Of a stretch of 64,000 bases of DNA, positions 41,414-50,568 are shown in pieces. The stretch spans positions 92,508 through 156,507 of the forward strand of contig DATKZF010000001.1 of the NCBI GenBank assembly GCA_035528115.1, given 5' to 3'. The position numbers were made by a program, and so were the translations under genes. The stretch is from Candidatus Bipolaricaulota bacterium. GTDB lineage: Bacteria; Patescibacteriota; Patescibacteriia; UBA11705; DATKZF01. The notes under the pieces were generated by a model. That model had not been told where the DNA came from. It searched no databases and worked only from the letters and a program-made list of their open reading frames with translations. Position 1 is the first letter of the stretch. Every line of letters starts with the position of its first letter.

Positions 41414-42727
41414 CTACTTGCCGCCGTTCACGAGCTTCAGGCGCACGCGGACGGAGCCGGAAGCGACCTCGGAAGCCGCGCGCTGGAGCTTTCGCTCGTT
41501 CGCGCGCTGGAAGCGATTCCACAGCCAGCTCAGCGTGGTGCTGAGAGGCTGAGCCTCCGCCTCAACCTCGATCCTGCTTCCATCGCGGAAGCGAGAATCC
41601 TTGAGGCCGGACTTTCTGGCCAGCGCCACGGCCATGGAGGCCTCGCTCGAGTGGAGGAGAACGACCCGATCCTTGTCCTTGACCTTGAAGGTCATGACGA
41701 GAATCGGGCAGACGTCCATGCCCGCAATGGCGTCCGGGTGAGGGCCGAAACCGGTCGGGAACAAGCCGCTTTCGACGCAGAAGGCAACGATCTCCTTCCA
41801 GTCGAACACCGGCCATTCCACCCGATCGCTCGGGTGTGCGAACCTCTCGGTCTCCGAGTTTTCGAAGACCTCCTTGAGCCGCCGCATGAGCTCGAACGGC
41901 TCGAAGTTCAGCGGGTCGCTCGACTCGAGGCGAGCGACCACCTTCGCCGTCTTCTCCTGACGCTTCTTGTCGCGGCCGGCCATGTGCTTGGCCAGCCGGA
42001 ACAGATCGGCCGCTCCGTCCTCGAGGCGGTCGAAGACCAGATCCTTTCGGACCTGGCAGATCGCCACCGCGTTCAAGCGGCCGAGGATGGCGAATCCGGG
42101 CCGTCCGGTCGCCCGCGACACGAGAGCGAAGTCGCGCTCGCTCTTGTCGAGCGCGAGCGCTTTGGCGCGCTCGGCCAACCTTTCGGGGTTGAGCTTGCCC
42201 TTGCCGACGATGTCGTCGCCGAGAGCCTCGGTCATGGCTTCGGCCGAGAGGAACTTCCCCTCGCCGGAAATAGCCGCCTTGACCTGCTCCTGCCGAGCGG
42301 CCCAGGCCAGAGGGTTGATGAGCGGTACGATCTGCCGCTGATCGATCTTGGCCTGACGGCTAATGCCCAGCCGTCGCGCCTCTTCCTTGTCGCGCGCGGC
42401 CAGCACCGCGGCCGCGCACTTGCGGTGGTAGATGTCGCCCTCGCCCTTGACAACGAAGGCTTCTGACACGGAGATGACACCTGTCATTTCCGCCTTCCGG
42501 CACACTCTGCAGTGCACCTTCAGCTTGTCTAGGGGGAGCGAGACCTTGCGGTCATCAACTCCCGACTTTATTAGGTGGGTGATCTGGTCCGGGCCGGAAA
42601 TGGTCGTCTTGCCTTCCTCGCCGATGAAGGTCACCGGCAGGATCTCGTTGTTCCCGTTCTTGACCGCCACGGTCGTGCCGTGGAATGCGATCACCTGGGC
42701 CACAGTCTTCAATTCCTTAGTCGCCAT
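41414..42727 (-). CDS. GC-rich orphan protein with possible Zn site (CxxC..HxxC)
   Basis: AAGGAG SD 7 nt before ATG 42727; strong G/C bias at third codon positions; CRVC..HRKC. Confidence 0.7.
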   Translation of the reverse strand: MATKELKTVAQVIAFHGTTVAVKNGNNEILPVTFIGEEGKTTISGPDQITHLIKSGVDDRKVSLPLDKLKVHCRVCRKAEMTGVISVSEAFVVKGEGDIYHRKCAAAVLAARDKEEARRLGISRQAKIDQRQIVPLINPLAWAARQEQVKAAISGEGKFLSAEAMTEALGDDIVGKGKLNPERLAERAKALALDKSERDFALVSRATGRPGFAILGRLNAVAICQVRKDLVFDRLEDGAADLFRLAKHMAGRDKKRQEKTAKVVARLESSDPLNFEPFELMRRLKEVFENSETERFAHPSDRVEWPVFDWKEIVAFCVESGLFPTGFGPHPDAIAGMDVCPILVMTFKVKDKDRVVLLHSSEASMAVALARKSGLKDSRFRDGSRIEVEAEAQPLSTTLSWLWNRFQRANERKLQRAASEVASGSVRVRLKLVNGGK

Positions 42728-43046
42728 GATCATGCTCCTTGCCCGACCTCGCGGGCTTTTCTGGGTGTTCTCGAATCTGGCCGATCTTGCGATCGGATTA
42801 CTCGCGCTTTAATGCTTGCTTAGCGGAACTTTTTGGCAATATACTAAATAATCGTTCGGCTTTTTCGCCGAATCGAACATTAAATAATATCACATTTTAC
42901 TCAAAAAGTCAATATAGTGCTTATTTTTAAGCTAATTTTAGCGAATTTTAAAAACATTTCATTTAATCAACCGATTTTAACAGCTAAAATTGACAGCGGG
43001 GGATAGCTGGCTTATAATTATAAACAAGTGTTTATAGCTTAAAATT

Positions 43047-44576
43047 ATGGAAAACAAACCCTATTCAAAGGTAAGGGTGCGCATAGCGCCAAGTCCGACA
43101 GGATTCGTGCATATCGGCAATTTACGGACAATTTTATATAATTACCTGTTCGCCAAACATTATGACGGCGATTTTTTGGTTAGAATCGAAGATACGGATC
43201 AATCAAGATACGTGGAAGGCGCGGTGGAAAATTTACTGAATGTTTTGAATTGGACAGATATAGAATACGATGAAGGGCCTTTTTTGACTGAAGGAAAGAT
43301 AGCTCAAAAAGGGGAGAGCGGACCGTATTTTCAATCCGAGCGTTTGGATATTTACAAAGAACATATCGCGCATTTGATTGACAGCGGCAAAGCCTATTAT
43401 TGTTTTTGCGACAAAATCCGTTTGGACAATTTGCGGGAAGAGCAAGCAAAAAATAACCTGCCGCCAAAATACGACAATCATTGCCGTCATTTAAGCAGGG
43501 AGGAAATTGAAAAAAAATTAAACAACAAAGCGCCTCATGTGATCCGTTTCAAAATGCCGGAGGAAAAAGATATTGTAATCAATGATGAAATTCACGGGAC
43601 AATAACGGTCAACACAAAGGATTTGGACGACTATGTTTTAATCAAATCCGACGGTTTCCCGACCTATCATTTCGCCAATGTCATTGACGATCATTTGATG
43701 AAAATAACGCATGTTCTACGCGGAGACGAATGGATCCCCAGCACGCCCAAGCATGTGTTGCTTTATGAAGCTTTCGGTTGGCAGCCTCCGATATTCGCTC
43801 ATTTGCCGCCACTGGTCAATAAACAAAAAAAGAAGTTGAGCAAAAGGGAAGCGTCGGCTTCTGTCCATGATTTTATGGACAAAGGTTATTTGCCCGAAGC
43901 ATTGATTAATTTCATCGCTCTTTTAGGCTGGAATTCCGGGTCGGATCAGGAAATTTTCACCATGCACGAATTAATCAAACAGTTTAATCTGGACAGAGTG
44001 CATAAAAGCGCGGCGGTTTTGGACGTGGACAAATTGGACTGGATGAACGGCTATTACCTGAAACAACTCACGGTTGAAAAATTCATGGCCATGGCTCTGC
44101 CTGTTTTGGAAAAAGCCGAATTGATCGCTTTGACCAAAAAGGAGTACAAGGTTCTCGAAACCAAAGAAAAATTGACATATCCCGTGTTGAAACAAATTAT
44201 AGAATTGGAGAAGAACCGCGTTAAAAAACTTTCGGATTTGCCCGAGGCTTTAAAATATTTCTTTGTGGCGGATATTGATTATGATGTAAAAAGCCTTTTA
44301 TGGAAAAAGAACACCAAGGATTCCACTGAAAAACATTTGAGCGCCTTGCTTAACTTTCTGTCGAAATTGAAAACCGACGACTTTTCCGTAACCCGCTTGG
44401 ATTCGCTGATCAAAAATTTTATTCAGGAAAATAGCTTCGAAAACGGGGATGTTTTGTGGCCGATGAGAGTCGCTCTTTCTGGCAGACAGGCTTCTCCGGG
44501 ACCGTTTGAAATAGCGGCCGCTCTGGGCAAAAAGAAAACCATTGCCAGAATCAAAAAAGCCATTTCCATGCTTTGA
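43047..44576 (+). CDS. gltX: Glutamate--tRNA ligase
   Basis: RIAPSPTG, HIGN, RIEDTD, KLSKR. Confidence 0.96.
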   Translation: MENKPYSKVRVRIAPSPTGFVHIGNLRTILYNYLFAKHYDGDFLVRIEDTDQSRYVEGAVENLLNVLNWTDIEYDEGPFLTEGKIAQKGESGPYFQSERLDIYKEHIAHLIDSGKAYYCFCDKIRLDNLREEQAKNNLPPKYDNHCRHLSREEIEKKLNNKAPHVIRFKMPEEKDIVINDEIHGTITVNTKDLDDYVLIKSDGFPTYHFANVIDDHLMKITHVLRGDEWIPSTPKHVLLYEAFGWQPPIFAHLPPLVNKQKKKLSKREASASVHDFMDKGYLPEALINFIALLGWNSGSDQEIFTMHELIKQFNLDRVHKSAAVLDVDKLDWMNGYYLKQLTVEKFMAMALPVLEKAELIALTKKEYKVLETKEKLTYPVLKQIIELEKNRVKKLSDLPEALKYFFVADIDYDVKSLLWKKNTKDSTEKHLSALLNFLSKLKTDDFSVTRLDSLIKNFIQENSFENGDVLWPMRVALSGRQASPGPFEIAAALGKKKTIARIKKAISML

Positions 44577-44623
44577 GAAATTATGCTATAATATTGTCAG
44601 CGTAATATTCACTCAATTTTGAA

Positions 44624-45898
44624 ATGGAAACAAAAACAAAAGGGTTGATTAAAATTTGCGCGATCGCGGCGATAATCGGTTTATTCGCCAATTTTGGTTT
44701 TGCCAGAGCGGATATAGACAGCGAAATCAATGACATTAATTCCCAAATAAAAGACAAACAAAAAACCCTGGAATCATTGAAAAAACAAGCTGATTCTTAT
44801 CTTGATAATATTAATGCAAAACAAAACGAAACGGTCAGTTTGCAAAATCAATTATCAATACTTGAAAATAAGATCGCCAAGGCGGAAATAGATATTCAAA
44901 CCACGGAAGCCACCATTGAAAAAACCCAGCTTGAAATAAAAGACGTGGCGATTCAAATTTCAAACAGGGAAGCGGATATTCTAAAAAAAGACGACGAACT
45001 CCAAGAATTGGTCAGATTATTGTATAAATCGGATCAACAGGGGACACTGCAAATATTATTGGCCAATGACACCTTGTCCGACTTTTTCGATCAAGTTAAA
45101 CACACCAAATCATTGCAAGGAAACCTGCAGAACTCATTGATTTCCGTCAAATCATACAAAGCTCAATTGGAAAGCAAAAAAGATACTTTGAATAAAAAAA
45201 ATGATGAGTTGGACAAGTTAAGGAAACAAGCTGAGCAGCAAAAAATAGCTTTGCAAGAAGAATTGGATTCCAAAGGATATTTATTGAAAGAAACGAAAAA
45301 TTCCGAAGAAAAGTTTTACAATTTATACTGGCAAACCAAACAGGAACAGCAAAATTCCAGCGCGGAAATTTATTCATTGGAAAAAGAAGCGAGATTAAAA
45401 CTCGAAGAGTTGGAAAACAAAAGAAAAGAAGCCTCCCCATCAAAAACGGAGTCCGGATTTAAGCCTTTGAGCGATTCGACCATAATGTGGCCGATCAAAG
45501 ATATTTCCAGAGGCATTTCTGCCACTTTTCACGACCCGACTTATCCGTTCAGACATTTGTTCGAGCATCCCGGCATCGATGTCAGGGCTTATCAAAGCAC
45601 GGCCATATACGCGGCATCCGATGGTTATGTGATATCAGCCAAGGATAACGGCTATGGCTACAATTATATTTCAATCATGCATGCCAACGGCATTTCCACG
45701 GTTTACGGCCATGTCAGTAAAATTCTGGTCAAACCGGATCAATATGTCATCAAGGGGCAACAAATAGGCCAAACCGGCGGCATGCCCGGCACGCTTGGAG
45801 CGGGCAATCTGTCCACCGGGCCTCATCTTCACTTTGAAGTCAGATTAAACGGTATTCCGGTCAATCCGCTGGATTATCTGCCGGATATGGGATTTTAA
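44624..45898 (+). CDS. Coiled-coil plus M23 peptidase (murein hydrolase/EnvC-like)
   Basis: Signal peptide, long coiled coil, HPGID, YGH, STGPHLHFEVR. Confidence 0.88.
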   Translation: METKTKGLIKICAIAAIIGLFANFGFARADIDSEINDINSQIKDKQKTLESLKKQADSYLDNINAKQNETVSLQNQLSILENKIAKAEIDIQTTEATIEKTQLEIKDVAIQISNREADILKKDDELQELVRLLYKSDQQGTLQILLANDTLSDFFDQVKHTKSLQGNLQNSLISVKSYKAQLESKKDTLNKKNDELDKLRKQAEQQKIALQEELDSKGYLLKETKNSEEKFYNLYWQTKQEQQNSSAEIYSLEKEARLKLEELENKRKEASPSKTESGFKPLSDSTIMWPIKDISRGISATFHDPTYPFRHLFEHPGIDVRAYQSTAIYAASDGYVISAKDNGYGYNYISIMHANGISTVYGHVSKILVKPDQYVIKGQQIGQTGGMPGTLGAGNLSTGPHLHFEVRLNGIPVNPLDYLPDMGF

Positions 45899-45954
45899 TA
45901 AATAGCAAAATAAATAAAAAATCGCCTCAAAAAGGCGTTTTTTCTTTTAAAATG

Positions 45955-46229
45955 ATTCAGCCGTCCACTTGTTAGCAGACGGCTGAAAATGTCGTAGAGT
46001 CCGACCAAGATCTGCCATCACTCGATGGCTTCACTCAGTCGGCGCCGCCGGGTCACTCGGTCAGGTCGCGTCGCGCTGGCCGTCACGATGCCGTCGTCGA
46101 GGCACAGACATTTGGAACCGTATGCCGAAACAGCGACTCACTGGGAACCCTCCATGGCTTTCCTCCTTGCCATGTGAGTTTTAGACACCCTCGCACACCT
46201 TTGTGCAAGAGATCCAAAGAAAAGAACTG
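45955..46229 (-). ncRNA. Candidate structured ncRNA A
   Basis: TTGACA-16-TATAAT promoter (46262-46235), GC-rich hairpins, terminal hairpin 45956-45987, no long ORF. Confidence 0.45.
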
Positions 46230-46338
46230 ACAACATTATAGCAAATATTTATATATTGTCAATAGCCAGAAGGCATTATTGATGTTTTTTATCTTATTTT
46301 AGACAAAAAATCAAAATTCATCCATTACATTTAAAATT

Positions 46339-46555
46339 AAAAAACCGTCCGCTCAAGAGCAACGGACGGTCAGGTTGTGGGCGCCACTTGGTGGACGCCG
46401 GTTGCCGGTTTCGGAGCTCTCCCGAGAGACGCTCCAGCCCAACGGACAGGACCAGAACCAGCACATCGAGCTATCTTTCGCTCTTCCAACCTAACGCTAG
46501 TCCATTTTTTTGGCCAACAGCTGAAGCGTTAGGGCGCTTGCGAATTAGCTCGATG
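46339..46555 (-). ncRNA. Candidate structured ncRNA B
   Basis: TTGACG-17-TATTAT promoter (46589-46561), long 5' hairpin, terminator ACCGTCCG..CGGACGGT+T6. Confidence 0.5.
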
Positions 46556-46815
46556 GCATAATAATATCAAACATCGTAAAACCCGTCAAGTATATCAATA
46601 TTTGCATTTCGTGGGTCATAAAACTCAAAAACCATGGGGGATAGCAAAAATTTGTCTATAATTTGAAATGAGCGATATTATTTACAACAAGTTAAGAAGA
46701 AGGAAAACAAGCAGCCGTTGATTTATTATTTATTTAATTGTCTTTGCTTCAAGCTCAGATTTTGAGATTCAGGCGGGGAGAGTAGCGCTCATCGCATTGG
46801 ATTGGAGGATATGAA

Positions 46816-46843
46816 GCGTCGCACAATATACCTTATGCGACAC
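46816..46843. other. Putative dif-like Xer recombination site
   Basis: GCGTCGCACAA-TATACC-TTATGCGACAC (11-6-11, near-palindromic arms). Confidence 0.5.
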
Positions 46844-47229
46844 ATTAACCAACTTTCCTTGGGCTATGTGTCGCATAAGGTTCGCATATTTTGCAACGCT
46901 TGCGGTGCAATCTCGCAAAATATGCGTAATAGGCCTTAAAACGCAATTTTGAGCCTCGCTTTTGGTCTATTTTGTGTTAATATTATTGACTTAAACGAAT
47001 CTTCAACAGAAAAAAATTTCAGCTCCTTTAAGACATTTAAAATTTAAAAATCCGGATTTGCCATCCGAACCCTTTTTCCATGATTTATTTTTTATTTTCT
47101 ATTACTTAATACTCGTTACCTATTGCTGGTTTATAAAAACCCATTTCCCCATTATCTTCATCGCTCTCTCCCACTATGCGTCGCAAAACATGATACCAAA
47201 ATTTTAGCAACCGGATTAACTTGAAATAT

Positions 47230-48060
47230 CTATTGATAAAACACTTTCTCCCCGAAACGCAGGTCAATATAGTTCAATCTGTCCAGCTTGTCCGAAAGCC
47301 CCTCTTCCCTAATCAATAGATTCAACCTCTTCAGTTGATCGGTGATGCTCAGCTTTTGGTTGAAGTATATCTCAAACCCTTTTTCGGTCATCACTCGAAG
47401 ATCCGAATTTGAATCGGAAATTTGCTTAAATGTCTTTACCTTGTTGCCTTGGCCTTCCAACTGGTCATTCAATTCAATGATATAGTTTATTTCCTCCGAC
47501 GACAGTACATTGTCTCCCACGCCGACGCTCTTATCCCCTTCAAATCTGATTTGAATAAACTCGGAGCTTCGATCATTGCATTTCTCAACGATATCTCCCT
47601 TAATATCTATATTAAAACAATTTTCCTGCGTGATGTAAGCCAAGGTGGAAACTTTTTCTTGTAAAATTATTGACACATAGGCGGGATGAAAGCTTTTTTG
47701 AATTTCTATCCATTCCAATAAATAAGTTTGAGCTATTTCACTCTGCAGATCATTGATATTGAACAAAAAAACATTATTATGTTTGAATAAAACCCCTCTT
47801 TGCATCTCCTGCTTGACTATGTTATCGAAATCTTCATTTTTAATGTATTTCAACCCAAAAATCTCCACTTGCTCTATTCTAAAATAAGAAGACAGATAAA
47901 AAAAATAAACAAACGCCATGCCTAAAATAATAACCGCGATCAAGGTTATTATCAAATTTTTCTTTTTCAAAACTTTCCCGTCTCTGACCTTTTTCGGATT
48001 TTGATAATTGGACACGACAAAATCCTTTGACAAGTGACTTTTGTTTTGGTCCATTCTCAT
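47230..48060 (-). CDS. ftsQ: Cell division protein FtsQ/DivIB-like (POTRA)
   Basis: Single TM, FRIEQVEIFG POTRA, C-terminal YIDLRFGEKVFY; start codon approximate. Confidence 0.75.
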   Translation of the reverse strand: MRMDQNKSHLSKDFVVSNYQNPKKVRDGKVLKKKNLIITLIAVIILGMAFVYFFYLSSYFRIEQVEIFGLKYIKNEDFDNIVKQEMQRGVLFKHNNVFLFNINDLQSEIAQTYLLEWIEIQKSFHPAYVSIILQEKVSTLAYITQENCFNIDIKGDIVEKCNDRSSEFIQIRFEGDKSVGVGDNVLSSEEINYIIELNDQLEGQGNKVKTFKQISDSNSDLRVMTEKGFEIYFNQKLSITDQLKRLNLLIREEGLSDKLDRLNYIDLRFGEKVFYQ

Positions 48061-48062
48061 AA

Positions 48063-49208
48063 TCATTTGATTTTTCGCCTTATGGAGCTATTTACTCTGA
48101 CCAATATTTCGTATGAAATCGTATTAATCTGTTGGGTGATACTGTCCACGGAATTCAAATCCCGGGGGTGTTCACTGATTATCGTTATTTCATCGCCTAT
48201 TTTCAAATTATGATCCTTCAAGTCAATCGCCGTCAAATTCATGCAGACTCTCCCCACAATGGGTAAAAAATCGTTTTCATATTTGACTTTGCCCAAATTG
48301 CTCAAGCGGCGATCCAAAAACTCATAATATCCCACGGGTAAGATTCCTATTTTTATCGGTTTGTCAGCGCTAAAGGCGCAATTGTAGCTGACCTTTTCGC
48401 CTTCGCTCAGCGATTGAACCGACACAATGGTGCTGATAAGCCGCAAAGCCGGCCTTAGATTGGCATCAAACGGCTTTATGGGATTATAACCGTATAAGCC
48501 GATGCCAAGCCTAATGGCGTTTATTTCAGGGTTTTTAATCCGAAAAGAACCGCCGGTGGCCGAGATATGTCTATATTTGGGATTAAAGCCTTCTTTTTCA
48601 ATAATGGTTAAAGCTTGGCTGAATTTTTGACGCTGACTCTCGGTAAATGATTGGTCCTCATTGTCCGCGTCAGCCAAATGTGAACACACTCCTTCCAGAT
48701 TTATACGTGAATACTTTTTTAGTTCGGCCAAATACAGCGGTAAATCGTCCATGGATATTCCCTCGCGATTCATTCCCGTGTTGATGAACAAATGAATGTT
48801 TATCTTCTTACCCAAATTCCCTATCGCCTTTAAACTCCCTGAATCAAAAATGGCAATCGAGAGATTTTTCCATTTGAAATTTTTATAATTTTCCGGTTTG
48901 GTATAACCGATCAGCAATATTTTTCTATTCGTAACCTCTCTTATCTGAAGAGCTTCATAATAACTGTCAACCACGTAATACTCCACTCCCCTCTTCTCCA
49001 ATATTTGAGTAACTTCTTTTAAGCCATGGCCGTAAGCATTTGATTTTAAAACCGGGAAAATTTTAGCTTGGGGATTTTCTTTTTGAAAATAATCGAAATT
49101 ATGCAAAATATTGGCCGAAAGAATCTCAACCCTGCTTAAAGTTGCCACCTGCCGCTCAAATTTCGATAAATATCTGTTATATAACATTTTAAACATAAAC
49201 AAAATCAA
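48063..49208 (-). CDS. alr: Alanine racemase
   Basis: VLKSNAYGHG (PLP Lys), NTGMNREG, SHLADAD, VGRVCMN; true start may be a few codons downstream. Confidence 0.93.
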   Translation of the reverse strand: MILFMFKMLYNRYLSKFERQVATLSRVEILSANILHNFDYFQKENPQAKIFPVLKSNAYGHGLKEVTQILEKRGVEYYVVDSYYEALQIREVTNRKILLIGYTKPENYKNFKWKNLSIAIFDSGSLKAIGNLGKKINIHLFINTGMNREGISMDDLPLYLAELKKYSRINLEGVCSHLADADNEDQSFTESQRQKFSQALTIIEKEGFNPKYRHISATGGSFRIKNPEINAIRLGIGLYGYNPIKPFDANLRPALRLISTIVSVQSLSEGEKVSYNCAFSADKPIKIGILPVGYYEFLDRRLSNLGKVKYENDFLPIVGRVCMNLTAIDLKDHNLKIGDEITIISEHPRDLNSVDSITQQINTISYEILVRVNSSIRRKIK

Positions 49209-50479
49209 ACTTTTCGCTCAATTCGCTTTTGGCCATCCATGTATGGCCTTAAAACTTCCGGGATTTCCACCGAGCCATCCTGATTTTGATAAATTTCCAG
49301 CAATGGAATTAAAATCCTGGGCGTGGCAATGGCCGTATTATTCAGCGTATGGCAATAATGGACTTTGCCATCCATGTCGCGGTAGCGCATATTGAGTCTC
49401 CTGGATTGAAAATCGTGGAATGTGGTGCAAGAATGAGTTTCACCATAGCCTTTTCTCGATGGCATCCATGTTTCAATATCATTGGCGTAAACCTTACACA
49501 TACCCATGTCTCCTGTGCATAAAACCACCACTCGATAAGGCAGTCGCAATTCCTGCAATATCTCTTTGGCGTTTTGCATCAATTCCTCATGCATGCGCTC
49601 GCTTTCCTTGGAATCGTTTTTGCAAACAATCACTTGTTCGACTTTATTGAATTGATGGACTCGGTACAATCCTCTGGTGTCTTTGCCGTAGGTGCCGGCC
49701 TCTCTGCGAAAACAGCTGGAAACGCCGATAAACTTTTTCGGCAAAGTCTCTTCATTCAAAATTTCATCCGCGTGATATGAAGTCACGGCCACCTCAGAGG
49801 TTCCGGCCAAGTACTTGTCATCTTTTTCCATGAAATATGTTTGTTCTTCAGCTCCGGGGAAATAGCCGGTGCCAACCAGCGCCGCTTGATTAAGCAAAAC
49901 CGGCGCGCTCATTAACGTGTAACCTTTATTTATCAATTTGGACATGGCGAATTGCAAAAGAGCCTGCTCCAATCTGGCTCCATCGCCCACCAAAAAATAT
50001 GACCTCGAACCGGCGATTTTCACGCCTCTGACGGAATCGATAATTCCCAGTTTTTCGCCTAATTCCAAATGATCCTTAATATTGAAAGCAAACTGCGGTA
50101 TTTCTCCCCAACTTTCAATTTCAACATTTTCCGAGTCATCTTTGCCTTCGGGGATCCGAGGATCCATAACCGCCGGCACAAAAAGCATCAAATGTTCGAA
50201 TTCTTCGTATATTTCTTTATGTTTTAATTCCAATTTCTTCTCTTTTTTCGATTGTTTTTTGAGCGATTTCAAAACTTTCTTTTTCTCAGCCTCGGATATG
50301 CCGCTCATTTTTTTGCTGAATTCTTTTTTTTCTGCCTTGATTTTTTCTATTTCCTGTTGCAATTCACGCCTTTTCTCGTCCAATTTCAAAAGCCGCTTCA
50401 AATCCAAATCAATACCTTTCAATTGCGCGGTTTTTTGGATAAGTTTTGGATTTTCTCTGATGAATTTTATATCCAGCAT
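49205..50479 (-). CDS. serS: Serine--tRNA ligase
   Basis: MLDIKFIREN, GTSE, FRREAG, RVHQFNKVEQ, HTLNNT. Confidence 0.97.
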   Translation of the reverse strand: MLDIKFIRENPKLIQKTAQLKGIDLDLKRLLKLDEKRRELQQEIEKIKAEKKEFSKKMSGISEAEKKKVLKSLKKQSKKEKKLELKHKEIYEEFEHLMLFVPAVMDPRIPEGKDDSENVEIESWGEIPQFAFNIKDHLELGEKLGIIDSVRGVKIAGSRSYFLVGDGARLEQALLQFAMSKLINKGYTLMSAPVLLNQAALVGTGYFPGAEEQTYFMEKDDKYLAGTSEVAVTSYHADEILNEETLPKKFIGVSSCFRREAGTYGKDTRGLYRVHQFNKVEQVIVCKNDSKESERMHEELMQNAKEILQELRLPYRVVVLCTGDMGMCKVYANDIETWMPSRKGYGETHSCTTFHDFQSRRLNMRYRDMDGKVHYCHTLNNTAIATPRILIPLLEIYQNQDGSVEIPEVLRPYMDGQKRIERKV

Positions 50480-50568
50480 ATTTTACATCAGATCAACGGA
50501 TAACAACGGATGAAACGGACTAAACTAAATTTCAATGTATCGGTTGCCAATCCGTCGATCAGTGTTAA

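Noticed and set aside
41375-42466. 363-aa + strand ORF
   Set aside because: Antisense shadow of the GC-rich minus-strand gene, which has the SD and codon bias.
46150-46175. RNase P RNA (GAGGAAAG motif)
   Set aside because: Lacks GAGGAAAGUCC and the complementary 3' P4 strand; better explained as an SD in a hairpin loop.
46385-46400. tmRNA/tRNA-like 3' end (TCCACCA on minus strand)
   Set aside because: No T-loop or matching 5' acceptor strand.
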